Notes: generated from the sequence alone by a model not told the origin. DNA of 59,057 nt, filler included, from 8 parts of 8 records of this genome joined end to end with filler, not necessarily neighbours in it, one strand, 5' to 3'. Shown: positions 10,545 through 20,817, counted from the first letter of the whole stretch. Translations and numbers: made by a program.

Positions 10545-11469
10545 CCGTTTCATCCTCCCTGACACGCTGCCCCCCGGCCGTGGAGCGCAGAAGGAGCAGC
10601 AGTGCGCCGAACGTCAGCGCAATACCCGGAAAAATACGAGCTGGCGGCCAGCCGTGCCCCAGCATGAACTCCAGCATCACAACCAGCAGCGGGTAGAGGT
10701 AGGAGTAGGAGATGGTTCTCGTCGGCCCGATCATGCGGGTCGCATATTGCGTCATGTAGAAGCTGATTACCGTTGCAAAGAGCGCCATATACACGATCCA
10801 GCCCCACACTGAGGCATCTACGTTCGTCAATGGCATCGCAGCAAAAGCGACGATCGTTCCGGGCAGCATCCACAGACAGCCGCTGACCAGAATCCAGAAA
10901 GTCATGACCTCCATCGGCTCGTTGCGGTGCACTCTTCTGATGAGCGGCGTATACAGCGCCATCGCAAAGCAGCCGCCGAAGAAGATCAGGTCCCCGCGAT
11001 TCCACTCCATCCGCATCAATTGGGCAACGTCTCCCTCGACAATCACCCACAAGGCCCCCGCGAACCCGACGACCAGCGCACTGAGCAGGGGCAGGTCGAT
11101 CCGCTCCCTGTTGATGACGGCGGCAACCAGCGCCGACATCGACGGTACCAGGGTGAACAGGACACTGATATTGAGCGGCGTGGTAGAGCGCAGGGATATG
11201 AACATCGCCCAGAAAAACGCGACAAGGCAGCCGCTGATCAGCGCATAGCCCGCAAATGCTGCAGGCTTGATTTTCAGGCCGTACCTGAGGGCAACGATCG
11301 GCAAAAGGATGAGAGCGGCGACACAGAACCTGATGAAGGTCAACGCCGAGGGTTCCAGTGCATCGGTGATTATCTCCGCAACGATGAAGGATGTTGATAC
11401 CAGTGTCGTACTGCACAAAAGCAGCAGATGAACCCGGATATGTGATTCCCGCTTTTCCATCTTCTCCAT
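10531..11469 (-). CDS. DMT/EamA family transporter
   Basis: About 10 TM segments with two EamA repeats; probable start MEKMEKR. Confidence 0.85.
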   Translation of the reverse strand: MEKMEKRESHIRVHLLLLCSTTLVSTSFIVAEIITDALEPSALTFIRFCVAALILLPIVALRYGLKIKPAAFAGYALISGCLVAFFWAMFISLRSTTPLNISVLFTLVPSMSALVAAVINRERIDLPLLSALVVGFAGALWVIVEGDVAQLMRMEWNRGDLIFFGGCFAMALYTPLIRRVHRNEPMEVMTFWILVSGCLWMLPGTIVAFAAMPLTNVDASVWGWIVYMALFATVISFYMTQYATRMIGPTRTISYSYLYPLLVVMLEFMLGHGWPPARIFPGIALTFGALLLLLRSTAGGQRVREDETAIRP

Positions 11470-11657
11470 GGCGCCGACTACCGGCGCTCTGCACAACGTG
11501 CTCCGTATGAGAATGATTTCACCGGCCCCGAGACCGATCCGGTCCGGCCATTGCATCCGGCCGGCTCACTTACTATAGTAACAGATCAGGAATATACCGG
11601 CAGATAATCACCGACCGCGCAGGCCCACCAGAGAAGAGCGAAACGAGAGAGGACTAT

Positions 11658-12167
11658 ATGACGGAAATAATCATTATCGTAGCAATAGCGAAAAACCGTG
11701 TCATCGGCCGCGACGGCGGGCTTCCGTGGCATTTGCCATCAGACCTACGTCATTTCAAGAAGACCACCATGGGCTGCCCGCTGATCATGGGCCGCAAAAC
11801 GTTCGACTCCATCGGAAGACCACTACCGGGAAGGGACAATATCGTACTCACCAGGGACCGGGGACTGCGCATACCCGGATGCATCGTGATGCACTCCGTA
11901 GAAGAAGCAATAGACCACTGCCGGGATCAGGAGAAAGCCTTCATCATCGGCGGCGGTGATATTTTCAAACTCGCCCTGCCCTGCACCGACACGCTGATCG
12001 TCACCGCTCTGGACCGGGATGTCGAAGGCGATGTCTTTTTCGACCCGATCGACCCGGACTGCTTCACAGAAGTTCACTCGCAGGCCTGCGACGAAGAAGA
12101 ACCCTACCATATCATCCGCTTCAAGCGGATCGATTCTGCCGCCTCGCACCACTATTTCACGCGATAA
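11658..12167 (+). CDS. folA: Dihydrofolate reductase
   Basis: IGRDGGLPWHLPSDLRHFK, IMGRKTF, RPLPGRDNIV and IIGGG motifs. Confidence 0.95.
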   Translation: MTEIIIIVAIAKNRVIGRDGGLPWHLPSDLRHFKKTTMGCPLIMGRKTFDSIGRPLPGRDNIVLTRDRGLRIPGCIVMHSVEEAIDHCRDQEKAFIIGGGDIFKLALPCTDTLIVTALDRDVEGDVFFDPIDPDCFTEVHSQACDEEEPYHIIRFKRIDSAASHHYFTR

Positions 12168-12214
12168 CGCGCAGCCTCTGTTTCTGCCCGGGAAGAAGCA
12201 GAGGCTGCGCGTTT
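12167..12214 (+). terminator. Stem-loop after folA, probable terminator
   Basis: Inverted repeat AACGCGCAGCCTCTG...CAGAGGCTGCGCGTT. Confidence 0.65.
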
Positions 12215-12368
12215 AAGTAAATCGGTTTACCATTACCCCCTCACGTAAATCCCTCCACCCCGGTGCCCGCTGCGTTGACAAAATAACTGTTTAATAGCGA
12301 GATAGATACGTCTGCTGTCGGTAGAACAAATTTTCCCCACTCCTGTTGACAGATACTCTTCAGTCAAG

Positions 12369-12386
12369 TAGTGTATCGATACACTA
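12369..12386. promoter_or_regulatory. Putative LacI-family operator
   Basis: Perfect 18-bp palindrome TAGTGTATCGATACACTA with central CG, upstream of the lacI-family gene. A related site GTAAATCGGTTTAC lies at 12217-12230. Confidence 0.65.
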
Positions 12387-12445
12387 AACACTGTACCTGG
12401 AATCGAAACCATGATGAATCGACGGACATTAGCCCCCTTCATCTG

Positions 12446-13498
12446 ATGCCAAACGCAACGATCTCAGATGTCGCCCGTCTTGCCGGCGTCTCGACAAGCA
12501 GCGTGTCCAACCTGCTCAACGGAAGGTCCCAGCGGATGAGAGCGTCCACCAGGGATCGTATCCAGGAGGTGATCGACCGCCTCGGATATACACCGAACCA
12601 GGCGGCGCGCCAGCTGAAAACAGGGCATTCATCCATGATAGGCCTCATTGTTCCATCGGTCGCCAATCCCTTTTTCGGCATCTTCGCACGCCACGTAGAA
12701 GAGGCCGCACTCGAACACGGCTACCAGGTACTGCTGGGTAACTCGAACAGAGACCCCGACCGTGAGTACAGATATGCGGAGGAGCTCTGGCGCTCCGGCG
12801 TCCGCTCCGTCATCTTAGGCACGTCACTCGGTCAGTACCAGCACCTGGGTGAATTAATCGACCGGGGCATGAATATCGTCGCATTCGATCAGTCCGAAGC
12901 ACCGGGAACAACCACACCGATCGACTGTATCGGCGTCGACAATGTCCAGGCATCGAGGCTGCTTACCAAGCACATCATTGCGCTCGGACACCGTCGAATC
13001 GGCTTCATTTCCGGTCCGATTGTGACCGTCAGCAGAAAAGACCGGCTGCTGGGATACCGGCAGAGCCTCGAGGAAGCGAGCCTGGTTTTCGACCCCACAC
13101 TTGTCTGGGAGGGCGTCAGTGAAAACTTCGGCGACACCTCGTCAATCAAACTCGGCCGGCTCGGCGCCCATGAACTATTGTGCCTGCCGGAGCCGCCAAC
13201 GGCCATTATCACGATCAACGACATGTACGCCTTTGGCGTGTACGCCGGTGCCCGTGACCTTGGAATCGGGATTCCCGACGGGGTCTCCGTCGCAGGTATC
13301 GACAACATATCGCTGAGTGAGATTGTCGTTCCACCTCTGACAACCATTCAGCAACCGATCCGGGAAATTGCCCGACTCGCCGTCGAGCGCCTGGTGACGA
13401 GAATCCAGGGTCAGCGCGACATCCCCCCCGAACATCGGCTGCTGCCCCCGGAACTGATTGTCAGAGAATCTACCGCACCCCCGAAGACAAAACACTAA
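12446..13498 (+). CDS. LacI-family transcriptional regulator
   Basis: TISDVARLAGVSTSSVS HTH, YTPNQAARQL, PPLTTI. Confidence 0.95.
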   Translation: MPNATISDVARLAGVSTSSVSNLLNGRSQRMRASTRDRIQEVIDRLGYTPNQAARQLKTGHSSMIGLIVPSVANPFFGIFARHVEEAALEHGYQVLLGNSNRDPDREYRYAEELWRSGVRSVILGTSLGQYQHLGELIDRGMNIVAFDQSEAPGTTTPIDCIGVDNVQASRLLTKHIIALGHRRIGFISGPIVTVSRKDRLLGYRQSLEEASLVFDPTLVWEGVSENFGDTSSIKLGRLGAHELLCLPEPPTAIITINDMYAFGVYAGARDLGIGIPDGVSVAGIDNISLSEIVVPPLTTIQQPIREIARLAVERLVTRIQGQRDIPPEHRLLPPELIVRESTAPPKTKH

Positions 13499-13510
13499 AC
13501 GGAGAATAAA

Positions 13511-14275
13511 ATGCAGATCGATCTGAACGGAAAAACCGCCTTTGTCACCGGAGGTAACATTGGAATCGGAAAGGCCGTTTCCCTGGCACTCGCGAGATGC
13601 GGTGCCGACGTCGCACTCACCTGTTATTCACATAAGCAGGAGGCCGAGGAGACCGTTAAAGCTATTGAAGATCTCGGCGGGAAAGGATATGCTTTTCAGA
13701 TGGACGCTACAGACAGTGGTCAGGTGGGCACAGTAGTCAAAGAGGTAGCCGATAGCCTGGGAGGACATATCGATATCCTGATGAACAATGCCGGTCATCT
13801 TGTCGGGCGCTCAGCCATCGTCGACATGACAGACGAGCATTGGTTCAAGACCATTAACGTTAATCTCTCCTCCACATTTTTCTGTACGCGAGCCGTTATC
13901 CCCTACATGAACACCGGCTGGGGAAGGATCGTGAATATGTCGTCGCTGGCAGCCAGAAACGGCGGCGGCAACGGCGCAACCGCTTACGCCGCGTCCAAAG
14001 GCGCAATCATCGCGTTTACCCGGGGATTATGCAAAGAGGTCGCTGATCAGGGTATCACCGTTAACGGGGTCGCACCCGGCCTGATCCTGGAGACGCCGTT
14101 TCACGAGACATTCAACACCGATGCCGGCATCAAGGGAGCTGTTGAGGCAACCCCGCTCAAACGGGGCGGAACCCCTGATGATGTCGCTAACGCGGTTCTC
14201 TACTTCGTATCCGATCTCGGCTCATTTATAACGGGAGAGATCATCGAAATTAACGGAGGTCTGTACTTTGCATAA
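13511..14275 (+). CDS. SDR oxidoreductase resembling DEH reductases (A1-R'/FlRed type)
   Basis: TGGNIGIG, NNAGHLVGR, SSLAARNGGGNGATAYAASKGA, TPFH and INGGLYF. The similarity is recalled, not computed. Confidence 0.7.
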   Translation: MQIDLNGKTAFVTGGNIGIGKAVSLALARCGADVALTCYSHKQEAEETVKAIEDLGGKGYAFQMDATDSGQVGTVVKEVADSLGGHIDILMNNAGHLVGRSAIVDMTDEHWFKTINVNLSSTFFCTRAVIPYMNTGWGRIVNMSSLAARNGGGNGATAYAASKGAIIAFTRGLCKEVADQGITVNGVAPGLILETPFHETFNTDAGIKGAVEATPLKRGGTPDDVANAVLYFVSDLGSFITGEIIEINGGLYFA

Positions 14276-14428
14276 CCGGGGTCAAGCCCCGTGCTTCAGT
14301 TTGAAACTGGGAGAGAAAGGAGGCAGTAAACAGCGGCGGATGGTTGCCAGACGCGTGAGCTGCACACTGTCCCCATGAGCGGTCAAACAAGAGGGTACGC
14401 ATGCCCTCGACTACCAGGAGGAGGCGTT

Positions 14429-15415
14429 ATGAACTATCTGAGGAGAATTATCTTTGTAATTGCCGCAGCAGCCCTCGTCGCCGGCTTTGGCGTATCGGCC
14501 CAGGCAAAGGAATGGCGAGGCTGGAACATCCATGTGGCCGGGTACCCGAACACGGTTGCGATGGACAAATTTGCAGAACTGGTCAAGGAAAAATCAGGCG
14601 GCAAAATGTCGATCAAGATGTACCATTCCGGTACGCTCGGCAGTCAGCCTGACGCAATTGAACAGCTGCGCATCGGTGGAATCGAGATCGGCCAGTTCAA
14701 CCTCGGACCGCTGGGTCCGATCGTTCCCGAGGCCAATGTCGTATCGCTTCCGTTTATTTTCAAGGACGTCGATCACATGTGGCGCGTGCTTGACGGAAAA
14801 GCAGGCGACATCATCAACGAGGGTATGACGAAATTCGGAATCGTACCGCTTGCCTGGTACGACGCCGGTGCCCGTTGTTTCTACAACTCGAAAGGGCCAA
14901 TCAACAAGCCTGACGACGTGACCGGCATGAAAGTCCGGGTCATGAACAACGACCTCTATTCCGGCATGATCGCATCGCTCGGTGGCAACCCCTCTCCGAT
15001 GGCGTTTGCAGAAGTGTACCAGTCGCTGAAAACCGGCGTTGTGGACGGTGCCGAAAACAACTGGCCGTCGTACGAATCGACCGGCCACTTCGAGGTCGCC
15101 CAGTACTATTCGATGTCCCAGCATCTGATCATCCCGGAAACGCTGTGCATCAATGCCAAAGTCTGGCAGGGACTCAGCCCGGAAGATCAGAAAATCCTGA
15201 AAGAAGCTGCGGTCGAATCCGCGATGCTGCAGCGCAAACTCTGGAAGGAACGTGAAAAAGCCAGCCGCGAAAAAGTAGAAGCCGGCGGTGTCACCGTTAA
15301 TGAAATTCCGGACAAGAGCGCGTTCCAGGCTGCCATGAAGCCTGTATACGAGAAATTCCTGAAGGATAATCCCAACCTCAAAACACTGGTTGAAACCATT
15401 CAGAACACCCCGTAG
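14429..15415 (+). CDS. dctP: TRAP transporter substrate-binding protein (sugar-acid type)
   Basis: RBS GGAGGAGG, signal peptide, GMKVRV and EVYQSLKTGVVDGAENN. Confidence 0.92.
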   Translation: MNYLRRIIFVIAAAALVAGFGVSAQAKEWRGWNIHVAGYPNTVAMDKFAELVKEKSGGKMSIKMYHSGTLGSQPDAIEQLRIGGIEIGQFNLGPLGPIVPEANVVSLPFIFKDVDHMWRVLDGKAGDIINEGMTKFGIVPLAWYDAGARCFYNSKGPINKPDDVTGMKVRVMNNDLYSGMIASLGGNPSPMAFAEVYQSLKTGVVDGAENNWPSYESTGHFEVAQYYSMSQHLIIPETLCINAKVWQGLSPEDQKILKEAAVESAMLQRKLWKEREKASREKVEAGGVTVNEIPDKSAFQAAMKPVYEKFLKDNPNLKTLVETIQNTP

Positions 15416-15425
15416 CTGCGAAGCC

Positions 15426-15457
15426 CCGGTCACCGGAGGGACCCCTCCGGTGGCCGG
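15426..15457 (+). terminator. GC-rich hairpin between dctP and dctQ (mRNA stabiliser or attenuator)
   Basis: CCGGTCACCGGAGGG / CCCTCCGGTGGCCGG. Confidence 0.55.
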
Positions 15458-15498
15458 ACACGGTTTCATTTCATTCAACAAGCAAGACAAACATCCAT

Positions 15499-16014
15499 AT
15501 GGGTTCTGAAACGTTGAGCGATAAATCCCCTTACGACAGATTCCTGGACATCATCAGTCATATCCTGACGGTCATCACCGGCGTCATGCTGGTCGTATTG
15601 ACCGTCATTTTCGGATGGCTCGTCTTCGGCCGATATGTCCTCAATGCGACACCAACCTGGGTCGAGCAGGTGTCTCTGCTGCTGATCGTCTATATCGGAT
15701 TTTTGGGCGCATCCGTGGGAATTCACAAGAAAACCCACCTCGGCGTCGCGGTATTTCGCGAAATAAGTCCCAGACCGATCCAGCGGCTGTTCGAATTCTT
15801 AACCTATCTGCTGCTTGCCGGATTCGGACTGATCATGACGGTCTACGGCTACCACCTGACCGCATTCAAATGGGCAACCAAAATCCCGCTCCTCGGTGTA
15901 TCTGAAGGGTTGAGATCGTTGCCCGTCGTTCTGAGCGGTATCTTCATATTCCTCTTTTCCCTCGGCCATCTGATCCATTTTTTCAATGGCACCAACCGGG
16001 AAGAATCTGAGTAA
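15499..16014 (+). CDS. dctQ: TRAP transporter small permease
   Basis: Four TM segments, RYVLNATPTWVEQV. Confidence 0.9.
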   Translation: MGSETLSDKSPYDRFLDIISHILTVITGVMLVVLTVIFGWLVFGRYVLNATPTWVEQVSLLLIVYIGFLGASVGIHKKTHLGVAVFREISPRPIQRLFEFLTYLLLAGFGLIMTVYGYHLTAFKWATKIPLLGVSEGLRSLPVVLSGIFIFLFSLGHLIHFFNGTNREESE

Positions 16015-16032
16015 ACGGGAGATTTTCGATCC

Positions 16033-17313
16033 ATGGGCCTTCTTATTTTACTGGCAGTTTTCGCACTCTGCGTCGTTATCGGAATGCCGGTCGCCTTCGC
16101 GTTAGGGGTTGCAGCGGTGGCATCGTTTTTCTTTGAAGGGTTACCGATAATGATCGCATTTCAGCGTATTATCTCAGGCATTTCCATCTATGCGCTGATG
16201 GCAATCCCGTTTTTCATCTTCGCGGGAGAATTGATGTTTCACGGCGGCATCGCGATGCGCCTGGTACGGTTTGCGTCTTCGGCAGTGGGCTCCGTGCGGG
16301 GTGGGCTCGGCATCGTCAATGTCTTCTCGTCGATGCTGTTCGGCGGTATCTCCGGTTCCGCGATCGCCGATATTTCGGCACTGGGCTCGATCCTGATACC
16401 GGTTATGAAGGAGAAGGGCTACGATGACGATTACGCGGTCAACGTAACGGTAACCTCCTCACTGGCAGGCATCATCATCCCTCCCAGCCACAACATGATC
16501 ATCTATGCGGTCGCCGTGGGCGGAGGAATCTCCATTACCAAATTGTTCCTTGCCGGTTTCGTTCCCGGACTGCTGATGTGCGTCTGCCTTGCCAGCGTCG
16601 CCTATCTGGTCGCGGTCAAGAGGAATTACGCGTCCGAGACGTTCCCGGGCTTCATCATCTTGCTGCAGCACTTCATTTTCGCGCTTCCCGGGTTGATGAC
16701 GGCGATCATTATCGTCGGCGGTGTGCTCAGCGGTATTTTCACGGTGACCGAGTCAGGGGCGTTCGGAACAATCTACGCGTTTCTGACGACGATCATCGTC
16801 TACCGTGCCCTGACGTGGGAAAAATTCAAGCTCGCCGTCGTCAATGCGGTCAGGACAACCGCTATGGTCATGATCCTGATCGCCTGTGCCGGAGCATTTG
16901 CATATCTGCTGACGTTTTACCAGGTACCGACCAAGATGTCCGAGATGCTGATGGGGATCTCGGAGAACCCGGTTGTCATCCTGCTGATGATCAACCTGAT
17001 GCTGCTGCTGCTCGGCATGATCATGGACATGGCCGCCCTCATCCTCATCTGCACACCGATCTTCCTGCCGATCGCCACGTCCATCGGCATCGACCCGTAC
17101 CAGTTCGGGATGATCCTGCTGATGAATCTCGGCCTGGGGCTCTGTACGCCTCCGGTCGGCTCGTGCCTGTTTGTGGGCTGTGCGGTGGGGAAAGTAAAGA
17201 TCGAGGAGGCAGTGAAGACGATCTGGCCGTTTTATATCGCGATCCTCATCGCGCTGATGCTGGTCTCCTTTGTCCCGGCGATATCGCTGACGCTCCCGAA
17301 CCTGATCGGGTAA
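16033..17313 (+). CDS. dctM: TRAP transporter large permease
   Basis: AIPFFIFAGELM, GGISGSAIAD, IIPPS and TPPVG motifs. Confidence 0.95.
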   Translation: MGLLILLAVFALCVVIGMPVAFALGVAAVASFFFEGLPIMIAFQRIISGISIYALMAIPFFIFAGELMFHGGIAMRLVRFASSAVGSVRGGLGIVNVFSSMLFGGISGSAIADISALGSILIPVMKEKGYDDDYAVNVTVTSSLAGIIIPPSHNMIIYAVAVGGGISITKLFLAGFVPGLLMCVCLASVAYLVAVKRNYASETFPGFIILLQHFIFALPGLMTAIIIVGGVLSGIFTVTESGAFGTIYAFLTTIIVYRALTWEKFKLAVVNAVRTTAMVMILIACAGAFAYLLTFYQVPTKMSEMLMGISENPVVILLMINLMLLLLGMIMDMAALILICTPIFLPIATSIGIDPYQFGMILLMNLGLGLCTPPVGSCLFVGCAVGKVKIEEAVKTIWPFYIAILIALMLVSFVPAISLTLPNLIG

Positions 17314-17389
17314 GGTTCCGGTCGGCATCCGGGCAGAGACACGTGCTGCGCCGAAATTCGGGATACGACGATCGGACAGCGCGCAGGGA

Positions 17390-18133
17390 TCAATCCATAT
17401 GCAGACCGCCGTTGATATCGATGATTTCACCGGTGATGAAGCCGGAAAGCGGCGATGCCAGAAAACGGACCACGTGGGCTACTTCCTCGGCCTCGCAGAA
17501 TCGCTTCACGGGAATCTGTTCGAGCAGCTGTTTCTGCTGTTCTGCGCTCAGAAAATCAGTGATCATCGGCGTCTTGATGTAGGCCGGGGCAATCCCGTTC
17601 GCGGTTACCCCGTATGGCGCCGCCTCCCGTGCAATGGAGAGCGTCAACGCGGTCAGTCCGCCCTTTGACGTCGTATAGGAGGTACCGGCAGTGAGACCGC
17701 CGGTCTTCATGGCCAGGGAACTGATATTGATGATGCGCCCCCAGCCGCTTTGTTTCATAGCACCGAGCCATGCCCGGCTCAGATAAAACGCTCCGTCGAG
17801 ATTGACCGAGAGCAGCTTCCGCCACTCGTGATCATCGGTTTCACACAGCTTGCTGTTCGACAGCAGTCCGGCGTTGTTGACCAGTACGGAGACGTCTCCG
17901 TAGTCAGAGGCGATCCTTTCCGTGCAATCCCGGACTGCATCGGGGTCACTGATATCGAGGGCACAGGGGATTGCCGCTTCACCGACGTCACCCGCCAGGG
18001 TCTCGAGCCTGCCCTGATCAAGATCAACCATGACCACGCGATATCCGTCATCAACCAGCGCCTTTACAACGGCCAGGCCCAGAACCCCTGCGGCACCAGT
18101 CACTAATCCAAGTTTTTTCTGATCACTCTTCAT
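17390..18133 (-). CDS. SDR-family oxidoreductase
   Basis: TGAAGVLG, NNAG, YTTSK. Confidence 0.88.
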   Translation of the reverse strand: MKSDQKKLGLVTGAAGVLGLAVVKALVDDGYRVVMVDLDQGRLETLAGDVGEAAIPCALDISDPDAVRDCTERIASDYGDVSVLVNNAGLLSNSKLCETDDHEWRKLLSVNLDGAFYLSRAWLGAMKQSGWGRIINISSLAMKTGGLTAGTSYTTSKGGLTALTLSIAREAAPYGVTANGIAPAYIKTPMITDFLSAEQQKQLLEQIPVKRFCEAEEVAHVVRFLASPLSGFITGEIIDINGGLHMD

Positions 18134-18220
18134 ATACTATCTCAGACGATACCCCGGGTCACGATTCCCGTCTGTTGAAAATATTGTGCCACAGGGAGCT
18201 GTTTGACGACCGAACTGCCG

Positions 18221-18577
18221 CTATTTCAGGAAATCATCCCGCAACGGGGTAAAGCTGTCAACCAGGCGGACGCGACTGGTCAGCAGCCGCACCGTGTGTG
18301 GCACATTCGGCGGGACCGTGAACATGTCTCCGGGCCCGAGTTTCTGTTGTGACTCTCCGATATAGACAACAAGTTCCCCGGAAACCACATACGACATCTG
18401 CTCATGGGGATGAGAGTGGGGCGGGTCCGGTTCATCGGTGGGTCCATCGTTGAAGTCGATGACAACCATCATCAGATTATCGGTGTGTCCCAGATAGCGT
18501 TCACGTTTCTCACCGATCGAATCACGAATCGTATCCTGCTGAAGAATGAATCCCATATAAGGCTCCTGTGCTTTCAT
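18221..18577 (-). CDS. Cupin protein, KdgF-like
   Basis: HSHPHEQ and PPNVPH metal ligands, LMMV, C-terminal DSFTPLRDDFLK; about 118 aa. Confidence 0.75.
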   Translation of the reverse strand: MKAQEPYMGFILQQDTIRDSIGEKRERYLGHTDNLMMVVIDFNDGPTDEPDPPHSHPHEQMSYVVSGELVVYIGESQQKLGPGDMFTVPPNVPHTVRLLTSRVRLVDSFTPLRDDFLK

Positions 18578-18701
18578 GATTTCTCTTCTCTTCCGACTCC
18601 ATTCACCGCATCTAAGAAGACGAGTCCGCTGAGCACACCAATTATTTAAGGTTCCCGGGAAAAGATCATTGATTTCCGTGAATATCTTAGCCCATATGGT
18701 A

Positions 18702-18717
18702 CGGTAACGGTACACTA
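18702..18717. promoter_or_regulatory. Second putative LacI operator, upstream of the cupin-SDR unit
   Basis: Minus strand reads TAGTGTACCGTTACCG, resembling TAGTGTATCGATACAC. Confidence 0.45.
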
Positions 18718-18794
18718 TTCTTCATCCGCCGCTCATGATCGGAAACGATCAATAGTGCGGCATTCTCACAAGATACGATAAACCGGCCTGGACA

Positions 18795-19166
18795 ATGACC
18801 TCCTGGAATCTCAAAACATACCTTCAATACGCCCTGATGATGGTCAGGAGCAACACCATCGTTCTCTGGTGGGTATGCTTCGTCGGCCTGTTGAGCGCAG
18901 CCACTCTGCTGCTCAAGGATACGTCAGCTTTCTGGCCACTGAACATCTTTGTCACAATACTGTCGATCATTTCAACGCCGGTTGTTTACGGCATCTATTT
19001 CGAATTGATCGAGGATACCTACACGTCGATACCACAGATTTTCAAGACCTATGTTCCGGGTTATGTATGGCTGGTCATCCGCATGTATCTCCTACCGATC
19101 TTCATGGCCAGCATGTTCGCGTCGCTGCTCGCCGAATCGGTACCCGGCGTCGGTAGCAGTGGAATA
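18795..19166 (+). CDS. Hypothetical membrane protein, 3'-truncated
   Basis: Hydrophobic ORF running into the spacer. Confidence 0.6.
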
Positions 19167-19266
19167 NNNNNNNNNNNNNNNNNNNNNNNNNNNNNNNNNN
19201 NNNNNNNNNNTTAATTAATTAANNNNNNNNNNNNNNNNNNNNNNNNNNNNNNNNNNNNNNNNNNNN

Positions 19267-19849
19267 GGTTGCCATAGTAGGCCTCGTTGAACTTGTCTTT
19301 GGTCTTTACCACCGCTCCGTCGAGCGAGATGCCGGCGAATGCGCCTTTGGACCGCGAGTAGGACAGGACGTCGGCGGTCTGGGCTGCTGCACCTCCCCCA
19401 ACGGGTCCAGCGGCAAGGGTTATGTCGGCACCGAGTTTGAGTGAGCTGGTGAGCAGTTTTTCCATTCCTCTATCCGTCATCACCAGCAGGATCACCTCAG
19501 AGGCTTCTCCGCCGACCTGCATGCCGATCGAGATGGATCCGATCGTGTAGAATGCCGGGTAACCCCACCCTGCCGTTTCGCCGTTATGGGTGACGAGCAC
19601 GCCCGACCCCCCGGACCCGCCGATGAAAAACGCGCCTTTTATGCTCTGCGGGATTATCAGTACCGCTTTGGCCTCCTTCACCTTGCCCCGGAACCATTCC
19701 AGGTCCGGGTCAGCGGCGAAGCTGTCAACGACGATTGCCGCCTTGTCGACCAGCGCTTCCGCATCGGCTTTGTCTGCCGCTAGAGCCGTCGTTTGGGTCA
19801 GTGAAAGGCTGAGAATGAAAATCAGCAGGGGGAGAAATGTGCGAACCAT
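19267..19849 (-). CDS. Lipid-binding SYLF/Ysc84 domain protein, 3'-truncated
   Basis: Signal peptide; KGAFFIGGSGGSGVL, SIGMQVGG and YSRSKGAFAGISLDG motifs. Confidence 0.88.
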
Positions 19850-19926
19850 GGGAAGCCTCCTGTGTGAGTAAAATTGTCGGATTACGTTCAGCGTTAACAT
19901 ACAGCGTATATAGAGTAATCACTTAT

Positions 19927-20652
19927 TTATCCGGTGTCCGCGTTCGGGGGAAAATCGGTTAGGTTATGGCCGTTCGGGCAGAGCAGGGTCGCAACACCGT
20001 GACAATTGCAAGCAGTGACGATCAGCAGCGGTTGTTCCGGATTTTCCCGGGCATGGGAAAGAAGAGCCCACACATCCTCCGGGTAGAACCCGCCGACTCC
20101 CGGACCAAACTGACGGCTTCGCAGAATCAACAGACGGCAGGGGGTGCAATCGATGGTCTCTACATAGCGGTGGAGCGGAATCGGGCGGAATTGGCCGGTG
20201 TACGTGCAATATCCTTCGGGTTCCACGCAGTCCGGCGGGCAGAGGAAATCGGCATAGGACAGTGTTGCACTGCCGTCTGCGGTAAGGAAGGGATGAGGAA
20301 ACTGGTCGAGGATCCTCTCGGGTATGGTCTCCCGGTGCCATGCGCTTTTCCCACCCGGGAGTTTCGCCTGGAGCCAGCAGGCGGCCAGGTGGAGCGGCAC
20401 GGCCGGTATGATTTTCGAAACCCGGGCGCTCAAGGAGAGGTTTTCCTGGAGCCAGGAGGTGGCGTCCCCGGTGACGATCTCGATGTTTTCACCGCGTATC
20501 TCGAGCGGCGTACGGTCAACGAGGATGATCAATGGGGAAGACGTGTCTCCTGTGAGCTGGTGTACGGCCCTGAGCCCGAACTGTCCTCCGCCGATTATCC
20601 AGATGACCTCGGTCGATTCCTCGGGCTCCGATACATCCGATGGAGACTGCAA
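19927..20652 (-). CDS. Uncharacterised Rossmann-fold (TrkA-N-like) protein with Cys-rich C-terminus
   Basis: IWIIGGGQFG, PAVPLHLA, CPPDCVEPEGYC, GVGG and TACNCHGV motifs. Confidence 0.65.
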   Translation of the reverse strand: MQSPSDVSEPEESTEVIWIIGGGQFGLRAVHQLTGDTSSPLIILVDRTPLEIRGENIEIVTGDATSWLQENLSLSARVSKIIPAVPLHLAACWLQAKLPGGKSAWHRETIPERILDQFPHPFLTADGSATLSYADFLCPPDCVEPEGYCTYTGQFRPIPLHRYVETIDCTPCRLLILRSRQFGPGVGGFYPEDVWALLSHARENPEQPLLIVTACNCHGVATLLCPNGHNLTDFPPNADTG

Positions 20653-20655
20653 CGG

Positions 20656-20817
20656 TCAGTCTTTTGCAAAAAAATCGTCTTTTCCCGCCCCGCAGATGGG
20701 GCAGACCCAACTGTCAGGCAACTCTTCGAACGGGGTCCCCGGTTCGATTCCCTCATCGGGGTCTCCTTCGGCCGGATCGTATATATACCCGCAGAGCGGA
20801 CAGACATGCTTTTTCAT
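20656..20817 (-). CDS. Rubredoxin (53 aa, absent from the ORF track)
   Basis: [53 protein letters not shown]; two CxxCG knuckles; RBS AGGAGG. Confidence 0.95.
   Translation of the reverse strand: MKKHVCPLCGYIYDPAEGDPDEGIEPGTPFEELPDSWVCPICGAGKDDFFAKD

Noticed and set aside
14594-17582. Long antisense and alternate-frame ORFs over dctP/dctM and other GC-rich genes
   Set aside because: They are typical shadows of high-GC3 coding sequence and carry no recognisable motifs.
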